64,000 nucleotides of DNA from Pseudomonadota bacterium (GCA_029779475.1 JAKPAN010000118.1:26136-90135); one strand, 5' to 3'; shown: positions 38,301-47,645, counted from the stretch's first letter. Numbers and translations are program-made. The notes: generated from the sequence alone by a model not told the origin.

Positions 38301-38427
38301 GCAGCCCGGGCTGATCGGGTTCCTCGACATGGCGCTCGAGCGCCTCGCGCGCCTGCGCGAGCGTGGCATCGAGCGCCGGCTTCACCCAGCTCAGCGCGGT
38401 GAAAGCGCCATCGTCGTAAAGTTTCAT
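32290..38427 (-). CDS. chpA: Pil-Chp hybrid histidine kinase ChpA/PilL (multiple Hpt, HATPase, CheW, REC)
   Basis: Hpt motifs FHTLKGS, VHTFHG and LHTLKGG; HMLRNALAHGIE, GRGVGMDVV; C-terminal VVDDS...DIEMPRMDG. Confidence 0.95.
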   Translation of the reverse strand: MKLYDDGAFTALSWVKPALDATLAQAREALERHVEEPDQPGLLRECAQDLHQVQGTLRMVELYGAAMVVENMERIADALVADTVRQRDEAYSVLMRGMVQLPDYLERLQSGAKDIPIVLLPLLNDLRAVLGENLLSESALFTPDLAAALPESAAGAAAPLSQAELRTQTLRLRLAFQAALLKWFRAENAPEHLHRIVDVLDRLRALSHSADARRLWWSAAGVAECVAEGALEPGVSVKLLLGRVDREIHRFADGGEAAFAAKPPRELVKNLLYYVAQADASKVASARVADVRSTYRLDALLPTQAELQHAQGSMTGRNRALLDTVSSAIKDDLLRVKEALDIFLRGQNADPHDLEAQADMLNRVGDTLGMLGLGVPRRVVGEQREVLEGMARSQRPVDEGALLDVAGALLYVEASLDDHIERIGEAPAEDAPAETTLPKAESRRVLDALMREASVNLQQAKQDIVAFVESPWDHARVERIPQLLEQIAGALRMLDLPEAGDIVTAIVRFVQIELLAHRRVPTTEQMDKLADALAAVEYYLEATREHRRGRDAILDVARDSLQSLGYWPLSAVEARAAQISNFTAIPQATLAPQAPAAPAATHEAFDHVAAPAPVVEEPSAQIPVVDVLPGTDLGDLVVGETHAHEAEQHDVAGMRLAQTDGDAAPVVAEDDGDWIEIEEEIEEPVEATVEYLPVGFTAKAGDEIDDDIRDIFLEEVADEIGNLKQQLPQWKADTANLDQLVPIRRSFHTLKGSGRLVGAAALGEFSWKVENMLNRVLDRTIAPSGAVVDLVEQALASAQDLLSALRGEKVDTFRVHAIADTAERLAAGEDVRVPQRAEQTAQTVRRIVRKRVPAPRPETPVVIQRHDLDIAAAFGEPVSQNIQASPLPNIDPVLFDILQAEVATHVGVIDEYLAEADPRDAHVSEPLLRAVHTFHGAVAMVDIPAIGNVLAPLETYVKRLRASQTPMSAQGLDALRDTATLAREVMRRLSAQEAPLPDSDDLAARIAALRDAVPEPEVSLPWYSDGAELAAAEEAAPELANELSFEELHDATALKETVPSAEPEAHAGEAANEFIGLDYLGLEDITVDGIGDVHGVEIVETVAPIAEAPIVEAPVVEAPSVEAPSVETPIAETHETPVEPASLTDERVDEVAASLHDHHVWSEAHSHDVAAAFDDKAAGVESAHEEPPHADGEEFVVEEFVFEDAPEELAPVEPAHEPVKAAPVAFELSGPPAAPLADDPQPDGALAAGDVDDDLLDVFVAEGEDILDHSDGVVAQLRSRPHEQDLISALQRDLHTLKGGARMAGLAPVGDLCHAMESLVDALGDGRVAIDRASVETIERGFDRLHVLVKRVAQRRGIAMPTHAIERLYALVPGIERPASAAIPHEPAHEAPAADSSVAREPAPAAPVRPAPRHLTAMDREETPHAPQEMIRVRSDLLDALVNNAGEVSIYRSRLEQQVASFRGNLVELDQTVTRLREQLRKLEIETEAQIIARYQREQHDTDTTFDPLELDRFSQLQQLSRALGESVSDLVSIQNLLDDQTRQSETLLLQQSRVSSELQEGLMRTRMVPFESMVPNLRRTLRQAAQELGKQAQLKVEGAHGEMDRNLLERMKAPFEHMLRNALAHGIESPGQRQLDGKPSEGTVNIAVSREATEVVLRVSDDGRGMDREAIRRKAIERGLLGPDVQLSDRDLYGFILETGFSTAEQVTQLAGRGVGMDVVHNEIKQLGGSLTIDSTRGKGTQFTIRLPFTLAVTQAILIKLGEHQYAIPMSSVQGVARIAQDDLERRLASGDAHHQYAGENYAIYELSHLLGLPRVHVADEEVQVPLLMTRTGDQRAAIRIDGVVGSREIVVKSVGPQLSSIPGIFGATIMGDGSVVIILDLAPLVRRLAALRARIAEGGVEEVPAFMAPAAPAPVEERGKPLVMVVDDSITMRKVTSRVLERADYEVATAKDGLDAVEKLQDVTPDLLLLDIEMPRMDGYELATYMRNDARLRRIPIIMITSRTGEKHRQRALEIGVERYLGKPYQEDDLLRQVQEVLKRERA
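35032..35121. repeat. Six imperfect 15-bp tandem repeats inside chpA (EAPxV)
   Basis: ttcgacgcttggtgc twice plus four variants; encodes APIAEAPIVEAPVVEAPSVEAPSVETPIAE. Confidence 0.8.
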
Positions 38428-38527
38428 GCGTTCAACCTCGGCGGCGACGCGGCGTGCGCCGTCGGCGCGCCTTCCGGGCGCGCGGCAGTGGTGCGGAGGG
38501 GCAGATGGCGTCTGCTCATCGAGGCGC

Positions 38528-40561
38528 TCAGCCCGGCAGCTTGAAGTCGGCGACGGAGCGGCGCAGGTTCGCCGCGAGCTGGGCGAGATTGCCGATCGAT
38601 TCGGCCGTCTGGCTCGCGCCGACCGAAGTCTGCGAGGTGATCTCCTGAATGACGTTCATCGTCGAGGAAATGTTGGTCGCCGCGGCCGACTGCTGGCGCG
38701 CCGACGTGGAGATGCCCTGAATCAGCGTCGCGAGATTGTTCGACACGTTTTCGATCTCGCCGAGCGCCTGACCTGCGTCCTCGGCGCGACGGGCGCCGGA
38801 CACCACTTCGGAGGTGGTCTGTTCCATCGAACTGACCGCCTCGTTGGTATCGGACTGAATCGTCTGCACCAGCGTTTCGATTCGCTTGGTCGCGCCGGAG
38901 GCGCGTTCGGCGAGTCGCTGCACTTCGTCGGCGACGACCGCGAAGCCGCGGCCCGCCTCGCCGGCGGAGGCCGCCTGGATGGCCGCGTTGAGCGCGAGGA
39001 TGTTGGTCTGTTCGGCGATGTCGTTGATGAGTTCGACGATCGATCCGATTTCCTGCGAGGACTCGCCGAGGCGCTTGATGCGCTTCGACGTTTCCTGGAT
39101 CTGGTCGCGGATCGAGTCCATGCCTTCGATCGTCTGGCGCACGACCTGCGCGCCGTTGGCGGCGATCTGCACCGAGCGTTGCGCCACGTCGGCGCTCTCC
39201 GCGGAGTTCTTCGACACCGTGTCGATCGAGTTCGCCATGTCGTTGATCGCGACCGAGGCGGAGCTGATCTGGCGCGCCTGATGCTGCGCGGCGTCGGCCA
39301 GACTCATCGCGGTCGACTGCGTTTCCTGCGCGGCCGTCGATACCTGCACGGCGGTTTCGTTGATCGTCGTCACCAGGCTGCGCAGCGCTTCCACCGCGAA
39401 GTTGACCGAGTCCGCGATCGCGCCGGTGATGTCCTCGGTGACGGTCGCCTTCACGGTGAGGTCGCCTTCGGCGAGCGATCCCATCTCGTCGAGGAGGCGC
39501 AGAATCGCGTCCTGATTGCGCTGGTTGAGTTCGTTGGTCGCCTGCAGGCGGCGGCGCTGTTCGCGGAACAGGTTGAGACCGAGGAACAGCAGCAGCAACA
39601 TGGCTGCGGCCGCGGCGGCCGCACCGATCAGCGGGTTCGCGAGCGGGCGCTTGCTCGACAGGCCGTCGACGAGTTGCGACACGCGCGACGCACCGAGCAG
39701 CACGTCCTGCGAGTCGATGAACGACTTGTCGGCGGCGTCCTTGGCGGTTTGCACGTTCGTCGCCGAGTCGAGGATGGTCTTGACCGGCTCGTTCACGGCC
39801 GTCCACTGCTGCGCGACGTCTTCGACGATGGACTTGGCCGCGGCGTTGTCGAGCGGCTTGATGTTGAGTTCGGGCGCGCCGCTGAGCAGACCGGTGACGA
39901 CCGTCTGGTACAGGCGCGAGTCGCGCGACAGGCCGTCGGCGGACGCCTGCGTGTCGGTGCCGCCGGCGAGGATTCGGTTGACTCGGCCGCCCATGCGGTC
40001 GGCGAGCTGCATCTGGCGCGAGGCGATGTAGACCTGCGAGGCGCTCGCGTTGCGGTCGGTGAGGATGTTGACGACTTCGCTCATGCGCGAGTTCAGCGCG
40101 GAGAGCTTGTCGGTGAAGTCCTTGCCGCTGCTGTTGGCGCCGAGAATGACGCTCTTGTTGTCGAGGATGGCCTTCGCGTCCGCGCGCAGCATGCCCCATG
40201 ACTTGGTCAGCGCGGCAAGCGCCGGCGTGACGCTGGCTTCGCCCGCGTAACTGGGCATGCCCGTCTTCGGGTCGCCCTTGTTGAGCGCGTCGACGTAGAC
40301 GTCCATGTTCTTGGACGTGCTTTCCAGCTCCTTGAACGCCGACTCGTTGCCGCTCGCGGCTTCCGAAGCGTACTTGGACAGCTGCTGCGACGACACCTGG
40401 ATCTGCGTCGTGAAGCTGATCGCCTGCCGATCCTGCGCGTTCTTGAAATAAAGGAAGGCGAATTCGGCGATCGCGATCGCGAACAACACGCCGAGGAGGA
40501 CGAACAGCACCGTGTTGGCGCGTCCGCGATCGGCCCCAGCCGCACTCATGGTTGTACTCAC
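38528..40561 (-). CDS. pilJ: Twitching motility chemoreceptor PilJ
   Basis: Two TMs; MCP signalling domain [30 protein letters not shown]. Confidence 0.95.
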   Translation of the reverse strand: MSTTMSAAGADRGRANTVLFVLLGVLFAIAIAEFAFLYFKNAQDRQAISFTTQIQVSSQQLSKYASEAASGNESAFKELESTSKNMDVYVDALNKGDPKTGMPSYAGEASVTPALAALTKSWGMLRADAKAILDNKSVILGANSSGKDFTDKLSALNSRMSEVVNILTDRNASASQVYIASRQMQLADRMGGRVNRILAGGTDTQASADGLSRDSRLYQTVVTGLLSGAPELNIKPLDNAAAKSIVEDVAQQWTAVNEPVKTILDSATNVQTAKDAADKSFIDSQDVLLGASRVSQLVDGLSSKRPLANPLIGAAAAAAAMLLLLFLGLNLFREQRRRLQATNELNQRNQDAILRLLDEMGSLAEGDLTVKATVTEDITGAIADSVNFAVEALRSLVTTINETAVQVSTAAQETQSTAMSLADAAQHQARQISSASVAINDMANSIDTVSKNSAESADVAQRSVQIAANGAQVVRQTIEGMDSIRDQIQETSKRIKRLGESSQEIGSIVELINDIAEQTNILALNAAIQAASAGEAGRGFAVVADEVQRLAERASGATKRIETLVQTIQSDTNEAVSSMEQTTSEVVSGARRAEDAGQALGEIENVSNNLATLIQGISTSARQQSAAATNISSTMNVIQEITSQTSVGASQTAESIGNLAQLAANLRRSVADFKLPG

Positions 40562-40610
40562 GCTATACCCCCTGTCACTTCATGCCGACGGCGCGGCGCC
40601 GCGAAAGCTT

Positions 40611-41159
40611 TCATGCCGCCGCCTGCTGGAACTGGTTGCTGCGCACAAGCGCAGACATGCTGAACAAACCCCACTGGACGTCGCCGAGTTGCACGTTCTC
40701 GCCGACGAAATTCGCGTAGTGCTCGTCGTCCTCGCCGACAGCGGCGGCGATCTGATCTTCGCCGAAGCTGCGCTGGCCGACGACTTCGTCGACGAGCAAT
40801 CCGACGCTGCCGCCGACCTGGCGCACGATGAGCACGCGCGAGCTGTCGGCGATCAGGCTGCGTCCGCCAAGGATGAAATCGCGAAGATCCACCACCGGCA
40901 CGAGGTTGCCGCGCACGTTGGCGATGCCGAGCAGCCACGCCCGCGCGCCCGGCACGCCGGTCAGCGCGGGCGGGGTGAGGATTTCGTTGACTTCGGCGAT
41001 GCTGCTCACGAAGTAGCGGTCGCCGACGCGGAAACCGATGCCGCGCCACAAGCCGGCCGCCTCGACCTGTTCGGGCGCGCCCGCGACGTGCGCGAGGCTG
41101 CGCTGCTCGTAGGCGGCGAGGATTTCGTAGGGCGTGAAAAACGCGTCGCGACCGCTCAT
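40611..41159 (-). CDS. pilI: CheW-like protein PilI
   Basis: WRGIGFRVG and VPGARAWLLGIANVRGNL.PVVDL. Confidence 0.92.
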   Translation of the reverse strand: MSGRDAFFTPYEILAAYEQRSLAHVAGAPEQVEAAGLWRGIGFRVGDRYFVSSIAEVNEILTPPALTGVPGARAWLLGIANVRGNLVPVVDLRDFILGGRSLIADSSRVLIVRQVGGSVGLLVDEVVGQRSFGEDQIAAAVGEDDEHYANFVGENVQLGDVQWGLFSMSALVRSNQFQQAAA

Positions 41160-41292
41160 GGCGCCCTCACGGCGCGACGCAGGCGCATGCCGCCGCCTTC
41201 ACCGCGTGAAAGAGCCGTTGCCGGGAAGCGCGCGCTTCCCCTTGTTCGCATGGCCGCCATCTGCCCCCCCTCGATCGAATGGCAATCCCCGG

Positions 41293-41691
41293 TCAGACCT
41301 TGTCGACGTAACGACGGATCGCGCCGAGGAGTTCCTCGCGCGTGAACGGCTTGGTCAGGTACTGCTCCGAGCCGACGATGCGCCCGCGCGCCTTGTCGAA
41401 CAGACCGTCCTTGGAGGACAGCATGATCACCGGGGTGTGCTTGAACAACTGGTTGTTCTTGATCAACGCGCAGGTCTGATAGCCATCCAGACGCGGCATC
41501 ATGATGTCCACGAAGATGATCTGCGGCCGCTGGTCGGAGATCTTGGCCAGCGCCTCGAAGCCGTCGACCGCGGTGACGACTTCGCATCCTTCTTTCCGCA
41601 GCAAGGTTTCGGCCGTGCGACGGATGGTCTTCGAGTCGTCGATGACCATGACCTTCACACCGGCCAGCCCCGCCTCTTTCGTGTCGTCCAC
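41293..41691 (-). CDS. pilG: Twitching motility response regulator PilG
   Basis: KVMVIDDSKTIRRTAETLL...DIMMPRLDGYQTCALIK...MLSSKDGLFDKA; GTG start after GGGGG RBS. Confidence 0.96.
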   Translation of the reverse strand: MDDTKEAGLAGVKVMVIDDSKTIRRTAETLLRKEGCEVVTAVDGFEALAKISDQRPQIIFVDIMMPRLDGYQTCALIKNNQLFKHTPVIMLSSKDGLFDKARGRIVGSEQYLTKPFTREELLGAIRRYVDKV

Positions 41692-42059
41692 CTGACCCCC
41701 TTGCCGCTCGCCACTCGTCTGTGAAGTTCGCGCCGGACCTGCGTCGGCACATCCACTCCACCATGCAATTGACATGCCTGCGCCAAGCCACGCCGGAATC
41801 GGCCATGCAGCGCCGCGCAGAACCCGTTCGCCGTTATCCAACATGCTTGGCGAAGCTGTCAAGTTGTTGCTCCAAGTGCTAGATAACGCACGAGTTGCGG
41901 CCCGCGGCCGCAACGTCGCGGGTCGAGGTTAATATCGCCGTCCCGGCCCGGCTGCGACGCGCATCGCGTTTACGCGGATCGACGCAAAGTGACGCTGCGC
42001 AGCACGCTTTCGCAGCGATCCCGCCGGATATGCTTTCACTGCCTCATCTGGAACGCCAC

Positions 42060-43013
42060 ATGCCCGCAACGCTCGCCGTGCTCATGGATCGGATCGACGC
42101 GATCCATCCGGAAAAAGACACCACGCTCGCCCTGCTGCTCGAAGCGCAGCGCCGGGGCTACCGCCTGCTCTACGCGACCCAGGGCGCGCTGGCGATCCGC
42201 GACGGCGAAGCCTGGGGCCATCTCGCGCCGCTGACCGTGCGCGACGACCGGCACGACTGGTTCACGCTCGGCGCGGCGGAGTGGCGGCCCTTCGCGGGCA
42301 TCGACGTCGCGCTCGCGCGCAAGGATCCGCCAGTCGACGCGCAATTCATCTACGACACGATGGTGCTCGAATCCGCGCAGGCGGCCGGCGTCCTCGTCGT
42401 CAACGATCCGCGCGGGCTGCGCGACTGCAACGAGAAACTGTTCGCGCTGCGCTTCCCGCAGTGCTGCGCGCCGACGCTGGTCGCGCGCGACGCCGCCGAA
42501 CTCAAGCGCTTCGTCGCCGAACACGGCGAGGTCGTGCTCAAGCCGCTCGACGGCATGGGCGGACGCAGCATCTTCCGTTCGCGGCATGGCGACCCGAACC
42601 TCAACGTCATCCTCGAAACGCTGACCGGCAACGGCCACGCGTTCGCGATTGCGCAGAAGTTCATCCCGGAAATCAGTGCGGGCGACAAGCGCATCCTCAT
42701 GATCGACGGCGAGCCGGTGCCGTACGCGCTCGCGCGCATCCCGCAAGGCACCGATTTCCGCGGCAACCTCGCCGCCGGCGGCAAGGGCGTCGGCGTGCCG
42801 CTGTCCGAGCGCGACCGCTGGATCGCCGCGCAGGTCGGGCCGGAACTCGTGCGCCGTGGCCTGCGTTTCGTCGGCCTCGACGTGATCGGCGACTGGCTCA
42901 CCGAAGTCAACGTGACCTCGCCGACCTGCGCGCGCGAACTCGACGCGCAATTCGACCTCAACATCGCCGGCATGTTGTTCGACCGGCTCGAACGCGGCGC
43001 GCCGGCGCGATGA
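42060..43013 (+). CDS. gshB: Glutathione synthetase
   Basis: RKDPP, NEKL, KPLDGMGG, RGNLAAGG and EVNVTSPT. Confidence 0.97.
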   Translation: MPATLAVLMDRIDAIHPEKDTTLALLLEAQRRGYRLLYATQGALAIRDGEAWGHLAPLTVRDDRHDWFTLGAAEWRPFAGIDVALARKDPPVDAQFIYDTMVLESAQAAGVLVVNDPRGLRDCNEKLFALRFPQCCAPTLVARDAAELKRFVAEHGEVVLKPLDGMGGRSIFRSRHGDPNLNVILETLTGNGHAFAIAQKFIPEISAGDKRILMIDGEPVPYALARIPQGTDFRGNLAAGGKGVGVPLSERDRWIAAQVGPELVRRGLRFVGLDVIGDWLTEVNVTSPTCARELDAQFDLNIAGMLFDRLERGAPAR

Positions 43014-43879
43014 GCGACGCGACCGTCGGCAGCGGCGACCGGCTCGGCGTCACGCTGCTGTTCTCGCTCGTCGCGCACGCGGTCGTCGCGCTCGGCGTCG
43101 TCTTCGAATTCGAGAAGGCGCCGCCGCGCCTGCCCGCGCTCGATGTGATCCTCGTGCAGTCGGCGAACAGCGAAAAACCCGAGAAAGCCGACTTCATCGC
43201 GCAGGCGAACAACAGCGGCGGCGGAGAATCCGACAAGGCGCATCGCCCGTCGCAGCCGATGTCGAGCCCGGTGCCGAAGGCGACGCCCGGCATCGCGCCG
43301 GTGCCGCTCGAGGACGGCGCGCCGAAACCGTCGGAAGCCACGCCGACGCGCCTGCTCACGCAGCGCAAGTCCACGTATTCGGTGCCCAACGAGCAGCAAT
43401 CCCCGCAGGCCGACCCGACGCCCGACGTGCCCGAAGCGGACACCGACCAGCGCCGCATCGAGATGGCGCGGCTTGCGCAGGAAATCCAGAAGGAATCCGA
43501 GCAGTACGCCAAGCGGCCCAAGCGCAAGTACATCTCGGCGAACACGCAGGAATACGAATTCGCCGCGTACATGCGCGCGTGGGTCGCGCGCATCGAGCGC
43601 ATCGGCAACCTCAACTACCCCGACGAAGCACGCCGCCGCCAGCTGCATGGACAACTCGTGCTCACCGTCGGCATCCAGCGCGACGGCTCGATCAAGAGCA
43701 TCGACGTGATCCAGTCCAGCGGCCACAAGGTGCTCGACGACGCGGCGATCCGCATCACGCGCCTCGCCGAGCCGTTCCCGCCGCTGCCGGAGAGCAAGGA
43801 CAAGGTCGACGAGCTCTACATCTCGCGCACCTGGCAGTTCCTGCCCGGCGACGACGGCGACAGCCTGCGCACGCGCTGA
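43010..43879 (+). CDS. tonB: TonB family protein (probable TonB3-like)
   Basis: TM with SxxxH, Pro-rich linker, TonB_C YPDEARR...SSGHKVLDDAA; follows gshB. Confidence 0.85.
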   Translation: MSDATVGSGDRLGVTLLFSLVAHAVVALGVVFEFEKAPPRLPALDVILVQSANSEKPEKADFIAQANNSGGGESDKAHRPSQPMSSPVPKATPGIAPVPLEDGAPKPSEATPTRLLTQRKSTYSVPNEQQSPQADPTPDVPEADTDQRRIEMARLAQEIQKESEQYAKRPKRKYISANTQEYEFAAYMRAWVARIERIGNLNYPDEARRRQLHGQLVLTVGIQRDGSIKSIDVIQSSGHKVLDDAAIRITRLAEPFPPLPESKDKVDELYISRTWQFLPGDDGDSLRTR

Positions 43880-43943
43880 ACGCCGCCCGTTCGAACGCCG
43901 CGATCGCGGCGAACGGCGCCGCGGCCTCGCGTACAATTCACGC

Positions 43944-44507
43944 ATGTCATCGGCCAGCCCCCTCGCCAACCAGCTCCTCATCGCGATGCCGACGCTGCGC
44001 GATCCGAACTTCGCGCGCGGCGTCACGTTCCTGTGCCAGCACGGCGAAGACGGCGCGATGGGCATCATGGTCAATCGTCTTTCCGAGTACCGCCTCGGCG
44101 ACGTGCTCGCGCAGATGAACCTGCATTCCACGCTCAGCGAAGTCGTCGACGCGCCCGTGCTCATCGGCGGCCCGGTGCAACCCGAGCGCGGTTTCGTGGT
44201 CCACACGCCGGGCGGCGACTGGGAGTCGTCGTTCCACATTTCCGAACGCGTCAGCGTGACCACCTCGCGCGACATCCTCGTCGCGATGGCCGCGGGCAAC
44301 GGCCCGCGCCATGCGATCGTTGCGCTCGGCTATTCGGGCTGGAGCCCGGGCCAGCTTGAGCAGGAACTCGTCGACAACCACTGGCTGACCGCACCGGCCG
44401 ACGAAGCGCTGCTGTTCGAGACGCCGCTCGACGAACGCTGGCAAGCCGCCGCGCATCTCGTCGGCGTGAACCTGTTCCAGCTCGCCAGCCATGCCGGCCA
44501 CGCCTGA
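43944..44507 (+). CDS. yqgE: YqgE/AlgH family protein
   Basis: LIAMP...DPNF, GGPV and LGYSGWSPGQLEQE. Confidence 0.95.
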   Translation: MSSASPLANQLLIAMPTLRDPNFARGVTFLCQHGEDGAMGIMVNRLSEYRLGDVLAQMNLHSTLSEVVDAPVLIGGPVQPERGFVVHTPGGDWESSFHISERVSVTTSRDILVAMAAGNGPRHAIVALGYSGWSPGQLEQELVDNHWLTAPADEALLFETPLDERWQAAAHLVGVNLFQLASHAGHA

Positions 44508-44919
44508 CGGGCCGACGCTCGCCTTCGACTTCGGCACGCGCTGGATCGGCGTCGCCATCGGCCATCCGCTCGGCGGCACGGCGCGCGCGCTCAAGACGAT
44601 CGCCTGCGACGACTGGGCCACGCTCGACGCGCTCGTCGCCGACTGGCAACCGCGCGATCTCGTCGTCGGCCTGCCGCTCGCGCTCGACGGCGGCGAGCAA
44701 CCCATGTCGAAGCGCGCCCGCGAATTCGCGACCGCGCTCGAAAAACGCTACGCCCGCGCCGTCCACCTCGCCGACGAACGCGGCTCCTCGCAGGAAGCCG
44801 CGCGACGCTTCGCGCGACGCCGCTCCGAAGGCGCGGCGCGCCGCAAGGACGCCGCCGACATCGACTCGCTCGCCGCCGCCGTCATCCTCGACCAATGGTT
44901 CGCCAACGGCGGCGCCTGA
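44491..44919 (+). CDS. ruvX: RuvX/YqgF pre-16S rRNA nuclease
   Basis: LAFDFGTRWIGVAIG, VVGLP, DER and DSLAA. Confidence 0.93.
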   Translation: MPATPDGPTLAFDFGTRWIGVAIGHPLGGTARALKTIACDDWATLDALVADWQPRDLVVGLPLALDGGEQPMSKRAREFATALEKRYARAVHLADERGSSQEAARRFARRRSEGAARRKDAADIDSLAAAVILDQWFANGGA

Positions 44920-44932
44920 ACACGGAATCCGC

Positions 44933-45880
44933 ATGACGCACGCATCGCAACTCGACGCCGACGGCCGCCTGCGCCACCTGCTCACGCTCGACGGCTTGCC
45001 GCGCGCGACGATCGAACGCGTACTCGACGACGCCGCGCGACTGCGCGCGCAATGGCACGGACCTCACGCGCTGCCGCAAACGCTCGACGGCCGCACCGTC
45101 GTCAACCTGTTCTTCGAAGCGTCGACGCGCACGCGCACGAGCTTCGACCTCGCCGCGCGCCGGCTCGGTGCGCTCGTCGTCAATTTCGACATCGCCAGCT
45201 CCTCGACGAGCAAGGGCGAGACGATCGAGGACACGCTGGCCACGCTCGAAGCGATGGACGCCGACGCCTTCGTCGTGCGCCACAAGGAAAACGGCACGCC
45301 CGCCGCGCTCGCCGCGCACACGCGCCACGCCGCCATCCTCAACGCCGGCGAAGGCAACCGCGCGCACCCGACGCAGGGCCTGCTCGACCTGCTCACGATC
45401 CGCGACCGCAAAGGCCGCGTCGACGGACTCTCCGTCGCGATCTGCGGCGACATCCGCCACTCGCGCGTCGCGCGCTCGGACGTGCACGGCCTGCGCGCGC
45501 TCGGCGCAGCGTCGATCCGGCTCTGCGGCCCGGCGCCGCTTCTGCCGGACGCCGCCGAATTCCCGGATTGCGCGATGGAAGACGACATGGACAAGGCGCT
45601 AGCTGGCGCCGACGTCGTCGTCATGCTGCGCATCCAGCGCGAGCGCATCGAACACCTGCAAGGCCTCGACGGCGATTCGTACCACGCGCGCTACGGCCTC
45701 ACGCGCGAGCGCCTCGCGCGCGCGAAGCCCGATGCGCTGGTCATGCATCCGGGGCCGATCAATCGCGGCGTCGAAATCGCTTCCGACGTCGCCGACGGCG
45801 CGCAGTCGGCGATCCTCGATCAAGTCGCCAACGGCGTGTTCGTGCGCATGGCCGTGCTCGCGCAACTGCTCAAACGTTGA
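44933..45880 (+). CDS. pyrB: Aspartate carbamoyltransferase catalytic subunit
   Basis: FFEASTRT, HPTQGLLD, GDIRHSRV, LRIQRER and MHPGPINRG. Confidence 0.97.
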   Translation: MTHASQLDADGRLRHLLTLDGLPRATIERVLDDAARLRAQWHGPHALPQTLDGRTVVNLFFEASTRTRTSFDLAARRLGALVVNFDIASSSTSKGETIEDTLATLEAMDADAFVVRHKENGTPAALAAHTRHAAILNAGEGNRAHPTQGLLDLLTIRDRKGRVDGLSVAICGDIRHSRVARSDVHGLRALGAASIRLCGPAPLLPDAAEFPDCAMEDDMDKALAGADVVVMLRIQRERIEHLQGLDGDSYHARYGLTRERLARAKPDALVMHPGPINRGVEIASDVADGAQSAILDQVANGVFVRMAVLAQLLKR

Positions 45881-45947
45881 CGACATCCCGCGCGGCTTTC
45901 CGCGCGTATTGCCCGTAGAATCGCGATTCCCCTGTCGAGGATTCGCC

Positions 45948-47630
45948 ATGCTCCGCAAAGGATCGCTCCGTTTCGCCGCGCTCGCCGTTTGCGCGCTCGC
46001 CGCCGTCGCCTGCGGCAAGAAGAGCGCGGAAGACGCCGCATCGCCGCTCGCCTTCGTGCCGGCCGATACGCCCTACGTGCTCGCCAATCTCGAGCCGATG
46101 CCCGAAGCCATGGTCGCGCAATGGCGCCAGCAGATGCAGCAGATGTGGCCGCTGATGATGCCGCTGTTCGAAGACACCGCGGGCAAGATCGACGCAAACG
46201 CGCCGCAGGCGAGCAAGTTCGTCAAGGCGCTCCTCGACGAAATCCGCGATCGCGACACGCCGGAGAAATGGGCGCAGATCGGCCTCGGCCCGAAAGTGCG
46301 CGGCGCGATCTACGGCATCGGCGTGCTGCCCGTGGTGCGCTTCGAATCCACCGACATCGATGCCTTCAAGGCTTCGTTCGAGCGCGTCGTCGCCGCGTCC
46401 GGCGCGACGCTCGGCAGCGCACGCATCGGCGAGCAGGACGTGCGCACGATCGACGGCGAGGAAGCGACCGGACTGATCGCATTCGAGGGTCGCGACGTCG
46501 TCGTCACCATCGTGCCGAAAGACGCCGACGAAGCGCTCAAGCGCCGCGTGCTCGGCCTCGATCGCCCCGCGCAATCGCTCGCCGATACGGGCGCGTTCGA
46601 CGCCTTCGACAAGGCGCGCGGCTACCTGCCCTACGGCAGCGGCTGGGTCGACACGCGCCGTCTCGTCGCGCTGATCGGTACGCCCGAAGCCGGCGTGCCG
46701 GCGACAGCATTCGACGCGACGTGCCGCGCCGAATACGACGCCATCGCGACGAAGATGCCGAAACTCTCGTTCGGCTACACCAAGCTCGACGGCACCGCGA
46801 TGGACATGCGCATGCGCCTCGAACTCGAACCGGCGCTGGCCAAGGCGCTTGTCGATCTCGGCAGCGCGACGCCGGGCATCGCGCGCACCGACGCGCTGTT
46901 CGACATGGCCTTCGCGCTACCCGTGCTCAAGGCGCGCGACTTCGTCGTCGCGCAGGCCGACGCGGTCGCCAAGGCGCCGTTCCAGTGCGCGCAACTCGCC
47001 GACCTCAACGCGGAATTCGCGAAGGCGAAGACCTCGCTCGACCGCATCCTGCCGCCGCCGGTCGCCGACCTCACCGGCGTGCGCATCACGCTCGACCGCT
47101 TCACGATGCCGGCCGACATGACCAAGCCGCCGAGCGATTTCGCCGGCAGCGTGCTCATCGGCAGCAACAATCCGATGTTCCTCGTCGGCCTCGCCCAGAT
47201 GAGCGCGCCGCCGCTGCAGAACCTGCATCTCAATCCCGACGGCAAGCCGGTCGCGCTGCCTGCCGAAGCGCTCGGCCAACTCGGCGGCCCGTTCGACGTG
47301 CAGGCCGCGCTCGGCGCGAAGACGCTCGGCGTCTCCATCGGCAAGGATGCGGCCGCGACCCTGTCGGCGGCGGTCATGCAGGCGCCGGCCGCCGACGGCA
47401 CGGTGATGTCGTTCGATGCGAGCGGTCGCATCTATTCGCTGATGAGCGATCTGTTCGGCAACAAGCTCGTCGCCGACTCGATGCCTGCGGAACAGAAGAG
47501 CGCACTGGAAGCGCAGCGCAAGATGTATGCGCTGTACGCGCAATGGTTCAAGCACATCCACGCGCGGCTCGCGTTCGTGCCCGAAGGCGTGGATCTCATC
47601 GAGAGCGTGGAACTCAATCCGGCGCACTGA
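45948..47630 (+). CDS. Lipoprotein of unknown function (560 aa)
   Basis: GAGG RBS; lipobox VAC after a hydrophobic signal; LAFVPADTPY N-terminal motif; host-like codon usage. Confidence 0.75.
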   Translation: MLRKGSLRFAALAVCALAAVACGKKSAEDAASPLAFVPADTPYVLANLEPMPEAMVAQWRQQMQQMWPLMMPLFEDTAGKIDANAPQASKFVKALLDEIRDRDTPEKWAQIGLGPKVRGAIYGIGVLPVVRFESTDIDAFKASFERVVAASGATLGSARIGEQDVRTIDGEEATGLIAFEGRDVVVTIVPKDADEALKRRVLGLDRPAQSLADTGAFDAFDKARGYLPYGSGWVDTRRLVALIGTPEAGVPATAFDATCRAEYDAIATKMPKLSFGYTKLDGTAMDMRMRLELEPALAKALVDLGSATPGIARTDALFDMAFALPVLKARDFVVAQADAVAKAPFQCAQLADLNAEFAKAKTSLDRILPPPVADLTGVRITLDRFTMPADMTKPPSDFAGSVLIGSNNPMFLVGLAQMSAPPLQNLHLNPDGKPVALPAEALGQLGGPFDVQAALGAKTLGVSIGKDAAATLSAAVMQAPAADGTVMSFDASGRIYSLMSDLFGNKLVADSMPAEQKSALEAQRKMYALYAQWFKHIHARLAFVPEGVDLIESVELNPAH

Positions 47631-47645
47631 CGATTCGCGCCTTGG

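Noticed and set aside
32242-38544. 2100-aa plus-strand ORF, and similar long antisense ORFs over purL, pilJ, gspD and valS
   Set aside because: Antisense shadows of well-supported genes. High-GC codon bias removes stops on the opposite strand, and the translations have no recognisable motifs.
43880-43925. Palindromic stretch between tonB and yqgE
   Set aside because: Short GC-rich palindrome without a T tract; insufficient support for a terminator or binding site.
44933-45880. pyrB without adjacent pyrR, pyrC' or pyrI
   Set aside because: As I recall, yqgE-ruvX-pyrB alone is the usual Xanthomonadales arrangement, so it is not distinctive.
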